A DNA stretch of 64,000 nucleotides from Candidatus Terrybacteria bacterium RIFCSPHIGHO2_01_FULL_48_17 (lineage in GTDB: Bacteria > Patescibacteriota > Minisyncoccia > Terrybacterales > 2-01-FULL-58-14), in NCBI GenBank assembly GCA_001822835.1, contig MHSS01000002.1, positions 1,060-65,059 on the forward strand, in the 5' to 3' direction. Position numbers and translations under genes: made by a program. Under the pieces are notes generated by a model. That model was given only the letters and a program-made list of their open reading frames with translations. It was not told where the DNA came from and made no database searches. Shown in pieces: positions 45,387 to 54,283 of this stretch; position 1 is the first letter of the stretch; each line of letters opens with the position of its first letter.

Positions 45387-47165
45387 ATGTCAACCCCTTC
45401 TCTTTCAAACCAAGAGATTGCCCGTATTCTCTACCAAATCGGTGAGTATTTGGAATTACAAGATGTGGCGTTTAAGCCCCGAGCATATGAACGGGCCGCG
45501 CGAGCGCTTGAAACGCTGGGAGCTCCCGCAGGGGATATCTACCAAAAAGGAGGCCTTAAGGCCCTGGGTGAAATTTCGGGGGTGGGTGAGTCCATCGCGC
45601 AAAAAATAGAGGAACTTATCAGAACGGGGCATTTAAAATATTACGAGCAACTCAAGGAAAAACTACCCATGGATGTTGAGGCGTTATCCGCTATTGAGGG
45701 AGTCGGTCCCAAACATATAAAGCAATTTTGGCAAAAACTGAAGATAAAAAACGTTATCGATCTTGAAAAGGCCGCAAAAACGGGAAAGCTTCGGACACTT
45801 GAGCGCATGTCAGAAAAGTTAGAGCAGAAAATATTGCGCAGCATCGAGTTTCATAAGACCCATGGCGCGCGCTTTTTTATCGGCGCAATACTGCCAGAGA
45901 TTAGAGATATTGAGAAGCGGCTTAAGAATCTGCAATGGACCCGAAACGCAGCGGTTGCCGGATCCATTCGTCGCCGAAAGGAAACTGTTGGCGATGCTGA
46001 TATTCTTGCAACATCTGACCACTCTGCAAAAGTAATGGAATTTTTTATCAACATGCCCGAAGTCGCGGAGGTCTTGGCGCACGGTGACACCAAAAGCATG
46101 GTGCGTTTGCATAATGGCCTTGAGCTTGATTTGCGTGTGGTCCCAGAGGAGTCGTTTGGCGCGGCACTGCAATACTTTACCGGCAACAAAGACCATAATG
46201 TTGCATTGCGCAAAATTGCCATAGCGCGTGGCTGGAAGCTTAACGAGTACGGTCTATTCGGGGTACAGGGTGCAGGGGACAGGGGACAGAAACAAATTGC
46301 GGGAAGGACAGAAGAAGAAATATATGACAAGCTTGGCTTGGCGTATATTGAACCGGAGCTTCGCGAAATGACGGGAGAGCTGGAGGCCGCCATTCGGCAG
46401 GCGCAGGGCAAGCCCAACGGATTGCCGAAACTGATTGATTACAACGATTTGAAAGGCGATTTGCAAACGCAAACCAATTGGTCGGATGGCGAACATTCCA
46501 TTGAAGAAATGGCAAAAGCGGCACAAGCGCGGGGTTTAACATATCTTGCAATTACGGATCATTCAAAGCGGCTGGCAATGACCGGCGGGCTTGATGAGAA
46601 AAAAATCAAGAGGCAATGGAAAGAAATCGACCGCGTGAATAGGAAGCTCAAAGGTACTAGAATACTCAAAGGGAGCGAAGTTGATATATTAAAAGACGGT
46701 TCGCTCGATTTGCCCGACGCCATTTTGGCGCAGCTTGATGTGGTGGGCGCTTCTGTTCATTCTTATTTTGAAATGCCGCGTGCCGATATGACTAAACGTC
46801 TTTTGCGTACGATACAAAATCCGCACGTAGATATTTTATTTCATCCTACGGGGCGGGTAGTGAATAAACGAAAGCCCATTGAGGTTGATATGGAGATGTT
46901 GATAAAAGGGGCAAAAAAAACAGGGACGGTGTTAGAAGCAAACGCCTCTGAACGCCTTGATCTGAAGGATGAGCATATCAGAATGGCGGTTGAAGCGGGT
47001 GTGAAAATCGCCATCGATTCTGACGCCCATTCCAACGCACAGTTTTCTTTGCTTGAATATGGCATTGCGCAAGCAAGGCGCGGTTGGGCCACAGCAGAGG
47101 ATGTTATCAATACACGAACAGTTGACGATATGCTATTGCTTTTAAAGGGCAAGAGAACAAAGTAG
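45387..47165 (+). CDS. DNA polymerase X family protein with C-terminal PHP 3'-5' exonuclease domain
   Basis: 592 aa. HhH motifs, the Pol-beta-type nucleotidyltransferase GSIRRRKETVGDADIL, and PHP His/Asp clusters. Contains an in-frame oligo-repeat insert. Confidence 0.9.
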   Translation: MSTPSLSNQEIARILYQIGEYLELQDVAFKPRAYERAARALETLGAPAGDIYQKGGLKALGEISGVGESIAQKIEELIRTGHLKYYEQLKEKLPMDVEALSAIEGVGPKHIKQFWQKLKIKNVIDLEKAAKTGKLRTLERMSEKLEQKILRSIEFHKTHGARFFIGAILPEIRDIEKRLKNLQWTRNAAVAGSIRRRKETVGDADILATSDHSAKVMEFFINMPEVAEVLAHGDTKSMVRLHNGLELDLRVVPEESFGAALQYFTGNKDHNVALRKIAIARGWKLNEYGLFGVQGAGDRGQKQIAGRTEEEIYDKLGLAYIEPELREMTGELEAAIRQAQGKPNGLPKLIDYNDLKGDLQTQTNWSDGEHSIEEMAKAAQARGLTYLAITDHSKRLAMTGGLDEKKIKRQWKEIDRVNRKLKGTRILKGSEVDILKDGSLDLPDAILAQLDVVGASVHSYFEMPRADMTKRLLRTIQNPHVDILFHPTGRVVNKRKPIEVDMEMLIKGAKKTGTVLEANASERLDLKDEHIRMAVEAGVKIAIDSDAHSNAQFSLLEYGIAQARRGWATAEDVINTRTVDDMLLLLKGKRTK

Positions 47166-47361
47166 CCCAGCCGCGCAGGAAGGGGTCGGGAAACGGGAGT
47201 TTCTCGTGTTGGAAACCAGCGAGCGGGGCGAGCGCAAGAAACGAGGGTTTCTTGGGAGCGAGTAGGGCGAGCGGCAGAGGGTGGGTGAGCGAAGCGAAAA
47301 AAAGACGTCATTAATGCGTGGCCGTTAGAGAAAATGCAAACGATGCTCAAAAACCGTAACA

Positions 47362-47430
47362 CTACGAAGTACCAATAACTTACGAATATACAAATTCCTA
47401 TATTCGTATTGATTCGTATTTCGTAGTATT
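47362..47430. repeat. palindromic TACGAAT-type oligo-repeat hairpin
   Basis: ctacgaagtac...ttacgaatatacaaattcctatattcgtattgattcgtatttcgtag. A near-copy lies at 50152-50233. Confidence 0.6.
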
Positions 47431-47432
47431 GC

Positions 47433-47924
47433 ATGCCTTTAGAAAAATCCGCTGGAGCAGTAATTTTTACGCTCCATAAACCAAAATATCCTGACGGGCG
47501 CGGGCAACATCCGCGCAGAGAGTATTTGCTTTTGCGTTACGAGGCAGGGCATTGGGATTTTCCTAAAGGACATTTAGAAAAAGAAGAGTCGCCGGAAGAG
47601 GCCGCGAAGCGTGAAATCTATGAAGAGACGGGGCTTCGTACGATAACCCTTTTACCGGGCTTCAAAGAACACATCAAGTATTGGCTTTGGCCGTATAACT
47701 TTGGGCCGCGTCGGCATGCAACGAAACAAACACAGCGCCATCGAATACTTAAAATCGTGACCTTTTTTGCTGCCCGCGCAAGAAGCCGAGGCGTTAAGCT
47801 TTCATGGGAACATACGGGCTATGCGTGGCTCCCTTTCAAAGATGCCCTAAATCTTGTAACCTATAAGAATGCAAAAGACGTTCTTCAAAAAGCAGAACAA
47901 TTTCTTTCAAAAAAGAGTCCTTAA
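47433..47924 (+). CDS. NUDIX hydrolase
   Basis: 163 aa with the Nudix box GHWDFPKGHLEKEESPEEAAKREIYEETG. Confidence 0.9.
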   Translation: MPLEKSAGAVIFTLHKPKYPDGRGQHPRREYLLLRYEAGHWDFPKGHLEKEESPEEAAKREIYEETGLRTITLLPGFKEHIKYWLWPYNFGPRRHATKQTQRHRILKIVTFFAARARSRGVKLSWEHTGYAWLPFKDALNLVTYKNAKDVLQKAEQFLSKKSP

Positions 47925-48150
47925 GATTGTGCAGGCCATTCCCTCTGGCACTACCTTAAGCTATAGCGAGGTTGCCCGGAAAGCCGGCAATGCGAAAGCT
48001 GCGCGGGCGGTTGGTGCTATCATGGCCGCAAATCACAATCCGCAAGTTCCATGCCACAGAGTTATCAGGGCAGATGGATCTTTGGGCGGCTACAACCGCG
48101 GCAAGACCAGAAAACAAAAGCTATTAATATCTGAAGGGATTGAACCTTAA
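47869..48150 (+). CDS. ogt: Methylated-DNA-protein-cysteine methyltransferase (short, DNA-binding/active-site domain only)
   Basis: 93 aa with the PCHRV active site and an HTH. Overlaps the Nudix gene by 56 nt if the ATG at 47869 is used. Confidence 0.7.
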   Translation: MQKTFFKKQNNFFQKRVLKIVQAIPSGTTLSYSEVARKAGNAKAARAVGAIMAANHNPQVPCHRVIRADGSLGGYNRGKTRKQKLLISEGIEP

Positions 48151-48201
48151 TTTTTTGTTTATAATTTCTTATTTTTTTATTCTTACTTCTTAGTTTGAAA
48201 T

Positions 48202-49452
48202 ATGCTACCTCGCGTTGAGCCATCAAAGCGTACTATTGCCGAATACGAGCCGATTGCGCCGACAGAACTTATTGCCGAGATAAAAAAACTTGCCGCTCCG
48301 TTACGTGGATTGCGTGTCATCCATCTCAATGCGACTCCGAAGGGCGGGGGGGTTGCCGAGATGTTGCAAACCCTGGTATCACTCCAAAACGACGTTGGCT
48401 TAAAGGCGGAATGGTATGTAATTCCGCCGAACCCCGACTTTTTCGTGGTTACCAAAAAAATACACAACACTTTTCAAGGGAAAAAGCACTCGCTTACGAA
48501 TCAAGAAAAGCAGTTGTATATTGAACACAACAAAAAAATTGCGGAATTGATGGATGATATCCGGGCAGATGTATGGGTGGTGCACGACCCCCAACCCATG
48601 GCAGCCATTGAGTATTTGCGCACGCGTCCGGCAATGGTAAGCCGCATTCATATTGATACATCAACCCCGCATGGTCCCACGCTTTCGTTTCTTGAGCGTT
48701 ACATGAAGCAATATGATCGCGTGGTATTCAGCTTACCCGAATTTGTGCCCAAGGATTTTGACCTAAAGCGTGTGGTTATTTTTAATCCTGCAATTGACCC
48801 GTTAAGTCCGAAGAATAAAGCCCTTCCTCCGCGCGCGGCTGATACTATTTTGGAAGGATTTGGCATTAACATTTTAAATCCTTTAGCGGTGCAGGTATCC
48901 CGTTTTGACCCTTGGAAAGACCCCATGGGCGTTATTGACGCATACTATCTTGCAAAAAACAAAATCCCCGATTTGCAATTGATGCTTGTAGGACTTGCGC
49001 TTGCACAAGATGATCCGGAAGCGGATAAAATTTTTAAAAAAGTGCAGAAACATGCGAAAGGGGATCCGGATATCTTCCTTTTTTCTGATATTGCGCAAAT
49101 TGGTCCTATGTCTAACGATTTGTTTGTAAATGCGGTGCAGGTTGGCGCTGATGTGGTGATTCAAAAGTCAACGCGCGAAGGGTTTGGGCTGGTTGTCACG
49201 GAAGCAATGTGGAAGGGAAGGCCCGTGATTGGCGGGAATGTGGGCGGCATTCGAGTACAGATTGAACACGGAAAATCTGGTTTTTTGGTCAATTCCTCCG
49301 GGGAGGCGGCAGGACATATGGTTGAGTTGTTGGAAAATAGGATCTTGCGAAGGAAAATGGGAAGAGCAGCAAAAGAGCGCGCGCGCAAACATTTTTTGCT
49401 GCCGCGTCTTTTGCGTGACTATTTGAAGATGCTTACAGAATTGAAGGGTTAA
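48202..49452 (+). CDS. Glycosyltransferase family 4 (TreT/trehalose-synthase-like)
   Basis: 416 aa. N-terminal HLNATPKGGGVAEML and a C-terminal GT-B E..G motif (TREGFGLVVTEAMWKGRPVIG). Confidence 0.6.
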   Translation: MLPRVEPSKRTIAEYEPIAPTELIAEIKKLAAPLRGLRVIHLNATPKGGGVAEMLQTLVSLQNDVGLKAEWYVIPPNPDFFVVTKKIHNTFQGKKHSLTNQEKQLYIEHNKKIAELMDDIRADVWVVHDPQPMAAIEYLRTRPAMVSRIHIDTSTPHGPTLSFLERYMKQYDRVVFSLPEFVPKDFDLKRVVIFNPAIDPLSPKNKALPPRAADTILEGFGINILNPLAVQVSRFDPWKDPMGVIDAYYLAKNKIPDLQLMLVGLALAQDDPEADKIFKKVQKHAKGDPDIFLFSDIAQIGPMSNDLFVNAVQVGADVVIQKSTREGFGLVVTEAMWKGRPVIGGNVGGIRVQIEHGKSGFLVNSSGEAAGHMVELLENRILRRKMGRAAKERARKHFLLPRLLRDYLKMLTELKG

Positions 49453-49532
49453 CATGATAAGACAATATTATAACAACAATCCGCGCCAACGGCGCGGATT
49501 GTTGTGTTCGGAGATCGGGATATGTCAGGAGG

Positions 49533-49880
49533 TTAGGATTGGATTATTTCAACTATTTTTTTGAACACTTCTGGTTCTTGTGCAGCAAGCTCCGCCAAGA
49601 TTTTACGGTCAAGTTGGATATTGGCTTTTTTCAATCCTGCCATAAATTTACTATACGAAAGGCCATGCGCGCGGCTAGCGGCGCCAATTCGTATTTGCCA
49701 CAACGCTCGCTTCTCTCGTTTCAGGCGTCTGCGGTCGCGGTATTGGTATTGCCACGCCTTCATGAGCGCCTGCTTTGCGGCCTTATATGTTGATTTCCTA
49801 CGCCATTGGTATCCTTTGGCTTTTTTTAGAAGGCGTTCCCGTTTTTTATGTTTTATAGTTCCTCGTTTGACTCGGCTCAT
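49533..49880 (-). CDS. rplT: 50S ribosomal protein L20
   Basis: MSRVKRGTIKHKKRERLLKKAKGY... is canonical L20. Confidence 0.9.
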   Translation of the reverse strand: MSRVKRGTIKHKKRERLLKKAKGYQWRRKSTYKAAKQALMKAWQYQYRDRRRLKREKRALWQIRIGAASRAHGLSYSKFMAGLKKANIQLDRKILAELAAQEPEVFKKIVEIIQS

Positions 49881-49949
49881 ACTAAGGGTACAGGAAACGG
49901 GGGGCAGGGGACAGTTTTTGGCTGAACCCTGAACTCCGAACCCTGATGA
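49881..49949. repeat. composite inverted oligo-repeat hairpin (GGGNACA / TGAACCC units) between rpmI and rplT
   Basis: gggtacaggaaacggggggcaggggacag-tttttgg-ctgaaccctgaactccgaaccctga. Confidence 0.6.
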
Positions 49950-50144
49950 CTAGCGGTAAAGGTATCTTATTATCGCTTTTTTGTCGGCTTTGGAAAGTTT
50001 TATCGTTTGGCGCAGTTGTCGGCGCTTACCCCCACTTTTTTTTGCGCGAAAGTGATCTTGCCCCGCGCGTTTGCGCAAAATGATGCCGCGCTTCGTTATC
50101 TTGAAACGCGCCTTTACGGATTTGTTGGTTTTTCGTTTCGGCAT
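49950..50144 (-). CDS. rpmI: 50S ribosomal protein L35
   Basis: MPKRKTNKSVKARFKITKRG is a canonical L35 start. Confidence 0.85.
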   Translation of the reverse strand: MPKRKTNKSVKARFKITKRGIILRKRAGQDHFRAKKSGGKRRQLRQTIKLSKADKKAIIRYLYR

Positions 50145-50151
50145 GCTCGGA

Positions 50152-50233
50152 TACTACGAAGTACAAATTTTACGAATATACGGATTACGACCGTAAGCGA
50201 TTCGTATATTCGTACTAATTCGTATTTGTAGTG
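50152..50233. repeat. palindromic TACGAAT-type oligo-repeat hairpin between infC and rpmI
   Basis: actacgaagtacaaattttacgaatatacggattacgaccgtaagcgattcgtatattcgtactaattcgtatttgtagtg. Confidence 0.6.
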
Positions 50234-50871
50234 TTGTTTGTATCTTGTGTCTTAGTATTTGTATCTTGTTTGCTCTCTTGCGTATCGTTGCTTATATCGT
50301 TGGATGGCTTTTGCGTTTGTTTCTTCCCTTTCACAATTATCGTCTCCATCCCTTTGCCGCCGCGAGCCGGTTCTTGCTCCATGCGCCAGGGAGTGATCAA
50401 AAGGTCTAAAAATTCTGTAATTCGTTCCTTCCCAAAATCTTTGTGGGCTTTTTCGCGTCCGTACATGGCCAGTTCAAGCCGGACTTTATGGCCTTCTTTT
50501 AAAAACCCGTCCGCTTGTCGTGCGCGAAAGGCGAGGTCGTGGGTAGAGGCGCGCATGGTGATACGAACACCTTTTGTTTCGCTTTGTCGGTGTTTTCCTT
50601 CTTTCCGTTCCAGGCGCGTCTTCTTTGCCTGCTCATATTGCCATTTGCCAAGATTTGCAATGTGGCATACCGGCGGGCGGGCATCGGGCGCCACTTCAAT
50701 AAGATCAAGGCCTTGCTCATGGGCGCGTGTGAGTGCTTGGGTGGTCGAAATTACTCCCAAATTCGTGCCATCCGAATCGATGACTCGAACCTCGGCGATT
50801 CGTATTTGATTGTTGACGCGCGGGCCGTATTTTCGTGGCTGCGGCCGGCGCCTAAAGCGTGATCGTCTCAA
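50215..50871 (-). CDS. infC: Translation initiation factor IF-3 with low-complexity C-terminal tail
   Basis: IRIAEVRVIDSDGTNLGV... plus a C-terminal domain. The track's start is TTG; an internal AUA/AUC IF-3-type start is possible. The last ~35 aa (KQTQKPSNDISNDTQESKQDTNTKTQDTNNTTNTN) are encoded by repeat DNA. Confidence 0.8.
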   Translation of the reverse strand: MRRSRFRRRPQPRKYGPRVNNQIRIAEVRVIDSDGTNLGVISTTQALTRAHEQGLDLIEVAPDARPPVCHIANLGKWQYEQAKKTRLERKEGKHRQSETKGVRITMRASTHDLAFRARQADGFLKEGHKVRLELAMYGREKAHKDFGKERITEFLDLLITPWRMEQEPARGGKGMETIIVKGKKQTQKPSNDISNDTQESKQDTNTKTQDTNNTTNTN

Positions 50872-50951
50872 AAATTAGGGAACAGGGTTCAGGGAATAGG
50901 GAACAGGCAAAACCTGATACCCGATTTCTGATACCTGATAGCAAATTTATG

Positions 50952-51321
50952 TGGAGATGGTGGGAGTTGAACCCACGTCAAAAGAATGCGCCGGGGCCTG
51001 TGTACGAGCGTAGTCCATCTTGTGTTTCTTTGGCAATTACGGTAGGAGACGGACAGAATCTATAATTGCCGCAGCTCAAATATTTCGCGCAAGCAATTGG
51101 GTAGGTGCTTGGCTAGCTCGATTATAACACCCTAAACCCCCTATCGAGCATCGGGGCAGGATGGCCTACATGCCAATTAGGCGTAGGCGTATGAGGGGCG
51201 CAAAGACCCCTTTGTCAATAAGTTTGCACTTATTTGGTTGGCTACAAAGATTAACGAGGAAGGCAGCCATCCTCGGCTCGCAAGCAACCCTTTGTATTCC
51301 TTTTCAAGGCCCGGCATCCCC
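50952..51321 (-). ncRNA. ssrA: tmRNA (SsrA)
   Basis: Minus-strand 5' GGGGAUG pairs with 3' CAUCUCC (a G3:U Ala identity pair). 3' T-arm gtggg-UUCAACU-cccac and discriminator A. Candidate tag ORF ...ANLLTKGSLRPSYAYA* with UAA. Located right downstream of smpB. Confidence 0.7.
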
Positions 51322-51385
51322 GCGAATTTTTCCCGCGAACTTAAGAGCGGCTGAAAAATTCAGCGCCCTGAGCCGCGGCGAAGGA

Positions 51386-51826
51386 CTACATTTTCAAATG
51401 CCGTTTTATTTCCCTCTCGGATTCTCTTTTCTTGATAACCTCTCGCTTATCCATTTTCTTTCGGTGTTTTGCAATTCCAATTTCAACCTTGATTTTACCC
51501 CGCACACTATACAGGCGCAAGGGTATGGCAGTCAAGTGCCTCTGGGCAAGTTTTCCGACAAGCCACGAGAGCTCTTTTTTCTGCACGAGTACTTTGCGCG
51601 ACCGCGTGTCGTTATAGTCGGGAGGGGCGTTTTTTGGCTGCCACGCAGGAATCGTGGCGTTGGTCAAAAACGCTTCTCCTGCTTTTAGGGTAACAAATGC
51701 TCCGGCAAGCGAGGCGCGTCCTGCGCGAATGCTTTTTACTTCCTGGCCAGAGAGCACCAAACCGCCTTGCAGTGTTTCAAGGATTTCGTAGTCAAAGCGT
51801 GCGCGTTTGTTGTCAGCAAAACTCAT
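51386..51826 (-). CDS. smpB: SsrA-binding protein SmpB
   Basis: 146 aa from MSFADNKRARFDYEILETLQGGLVLSGQEVKSIR (compare E. coli NKRARHEYFI..GLALQGWEVKSLR). Confidence 0.85.
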   Translation of the reverse strand: MSFADNKRARFDYEILETLQGGLVLSGQEVKSIRAGRASLAGAFVTLKAGEAFLTNATIPAWQPKNAPPDYNDTRSRKVLVQKKELSWLVGKLAQRHLTAIPLRLYSVRGKIKVEIGIAKHRKKMDKREVIKKRESEREIKRHLKM

Positions 51827-51993
51827 AGAAGCGGATCTGCGCGCCTGCCTGCCGGCAGGCAGGGACATCAACACTGATCTGCGCCGATGTTTTCAGCGTA
51901 GCACGACGGTTGTAAAAACAAGAATCGTATGCTAGAAAGGTTTTGCCTGCGCCACAGGTAGTTCCTATCAAACAAACAAAAAGGAGGAACGAG

Positions 51994-52449
51994 ATGTCTA
52001 AACACCGGGCGGAAAAAGAGATTTCGCGACCACCGGCGTCGCAACCTTTGCGGTCACCGAGTGTGGGTTCCGGCGAAACCGAGCGTGGCGGAAAAGTAGA
52101 TGCGTGTATGGATAACGTGACCGCAAGAGGTTTTGCTGCAAAGATGGCACGGCAAATCGGCGACGAGGAGTGGCGGAAGGGCAATACGAAGTATGCGTTT
52201 GAAGCATGGGAGGCATCCGATATTACTCCTGCCGAGCTTTACGAGATAGCGGAGAGACTCGCAAAATCCCTGGAACTTTTTACAGCGGCAGAGCGCGGAT
52301 ACCGCGCAACCGCGGCAAAGGTTCTTGGTTGGGAGGAATCGCGGCTTTTAAATGATTACATCGCGAAGGATCGACGAGTATACACGTCTAATTTTTTCCG
52401 TCAGGCCATTGTGGCATGCCTGAAACTTATCAAGCGGATGGCAGCATAG
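51994..52449 (+). CDS. hypothetical protein
   Basis: 151 aa from the ATG preceded by AAAGGAGGAA SD. Confidence 0.5.
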   Translation: MSKHRAEKEISRPPASQPLRSPSVGSGETERGGKVDACMDNVTARGFAAKMARQIGDEEWRKGNTKYAFEAWEASDITPAELYEIAERLAKSLELFTAAERGYRATAAKVLGWEESRLLNDYIAKDRRVYTSNFFRQAIVACLKLIKRMAA

Positions 52450-52574
52450 CTCAATAAAACACGTTCCCCAATGGCGCAGGTCTCGTCATCAAACTATGGC
52501 GGGCAGGGGATGAGATACAAAAGAATACGCAAACCAGCGCGGAAGCGCTGGTTTTCTTATGCTATGGTAAAGAT

Positions 52575-54260
52575 ATGCTGCGCTCTTTTGTTGAAGGCCC
52601 AGGCGGGCTTTTGGAACAAGCGCTCGCCCGGGCGTTTAAAAAACTGAAGCTCCCATTAGGGGGGGCGATTTTTGAGCGTCCGGAAAACCCAAAACATGGC
52701 GATTATGCAACGAGTGCTGCTTTGCGGCTTGCGAAGAAGGAAAAACGTCCGCAAATGGAGATTGCAAAAGGGCTTACGGATGAATTATTGCGTGATGCCC
52801 GTATTGCGCAGATGATTCAAAAAGCCGAAACAATACCTCCTGGTTTTATCAATATATTTCTGTCTCCTAAGTGGCTTCAGGCACAAATTCCCGGCATTAT
52901 CTCGTCCGGAGAAAACTACGGGAAAACCTTGCACTCGTCTTTTAGCGATAAACATTCCAAGGTGCAGGTTGAGTTTATTTCGGCAAACCCGACGGGTCCC
53001 TTGACGCTCGCCAACGGAAGAGGAGGATTTTTGGGAGATGTGCTTGCAAATATCCTTGAAGCCGCAGGCAATAATGTTACGCGCGAATATTATGTGAACG
53101 ATGCGGGGGAACAGGTGCGAAAGCTTGGCTGGTCCATCCTTGCGGCAAAGGGATACAAGACACCCTACCAAGCAGAGGAGCTTTATCAAGGCAGTTATAT
53201 TCGTGAGTTGGCGGAGAAGATAATGTCGCAAGAAATCCAAAATCCAAAATCCAAAATCCAAAACAAACCTCAAATCCAAACTTCGAAACTCGCGGAATAC
53301 GCGGCGAGGGAAGGGTCTAAGCTCTTGCTTAAAGACATCAAGCGCGTGGTGCGAAAGGCCGGGATTAGATTCGACGTATGGTTTTCGGAAAAAAGTTTAC
53401 ATCGCCAACGAATTGTCGACGAAGTGCTGAAGATAGTGAAACGAAAACGGCTCGTTGAAGAAAGAGAGGGCGCATTGTGGTTGCGCGCGCAAGAGCTTGG
53501 CGAATCCAAAGACAAGGTGCTGGTGAAGTCATCGGGCGACCCCACCTACCTTTTACCTGACCTTGCTTATCATTGGGAGAAGTTTATGCGTCGCAGATTT
53601 TCCAGCGTTATCGATATTGTGGGTGCAGACCATCATGGTCACATGCGGGCGTTGAGCGTAGGACTTAAAGTGCTTGGTCTGAAACAGCCATCCGTTATTT
53701 TGGTGCAATTTGTGCGACTTGTAGAAAATGGACAGGAAGTCAAGATGTCCAAGCGCGCAGGGACGTTTGTGACACTCGAGGAATTGCTCAATTCGGTTGG
53801 AAAGGATGTTGCGCGCTTTTTCTTTCTGCAGTCGTCGCCGACAAGCCACATGGACTTTGATCTTGCGCTTGCGCGCGAGCAATCGCAGAAAAACCCAGTG
53901 TATTATACGCAATATGCTCACGCGAGAATCGCAAGCATGTTGCGTAAATCCAAAATCCCAAATCCTAAATTCAAAACCGATTATACGCTGCTGCAGCATC
54001 CAAGCGAGATCGTTTTAATGAAACAAATCGTGCAGCTTCCTGATCTTGTGGGGCGTATTGCAAAAAACCATGAAGTGCATCATTTGACGACCTATAGCCG
54101 GGAACTTGCAACTGCTTTTCATGCATTTTACCGCGACTGCCGCGTCATCTCGGAAAACAAAGGAACAACCGCAGCGCGCCTTGCACTATGCCGTGCCACG
54201 CAAATAACACTTGCCAACACCCTTCGTTTTATGGGCATTCGGGCGCCGGAAAAAATGTAG
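52575..54260 (+). CDS. argS: Arginyl-tRNA synthetase
   Basis: 561 aa. Class I motif region FISANPTGPL (HIGH degenerate), KMSKRAG, and a DALR anticodon-binding C-terminus. Two in-frame AAATCCA-type repeat insertions (QNPKSKIQNKPQIQ; KSKIPNPKFK). Confidence 0.9.
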   Translation: MLRSFVEGPGGLLEQALARAFKKLKLPLGGAIFERPENPKHGDYATSAALRLAKKEKRPQMEIAKGLTDELLRDARIAQMIQKAETIPPGFINIFLSPKWLQAQIPGIISSGENYGKTLHSSFSDKHSKVQVEFISANPTGPLTLANGRGGFLGDVLANILEAAGNNVTREYYVNDAGEQVRKLGWSILAAKGYKTPYQAEELYQGSYIRELAEKIMSQEIQNPKSKIQNKPQIQTSKLAEYAAREGSKLLLKDIKRVVRKAGIRFDVWFSEKSLHRQRIVDEVLKIVKRKRLVEEREGALWLRAQELGESKDKVLVKSSGDPTYLLPDLAYHWEKFMRRRFSSVIDIVGADHHGHMRALSVGLKVLGLKQPSVILVQFVRLVENGQEVKMSKRAGTFVTLEELLNSVGKDVARFFFLQSSPTSHMDFDLALAREQSQKNPVYYTQYAHARIASMLRKSKIPNPKFKTDYTLLQHPSEIVLMKQIVQLPDLVGRIAKNHEVHHLTTYSRELATAFHAFYRDCRVISENKGTTAARLALCRATQITLANTLRFMGIRAPEKM

Positions 54261-54283
54261 TAGCATTATTTTAAGTAAAGGCT

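Noticed and set aside
51161-51688. 175-aa plus-strand ORF spanning the smpB/tmRNA region
   Set aside because: It runs antisense through smpB and the tmRNA gene, with no SD and an implausible composition. The smpB-plus-ssrA interpretation explains the region.
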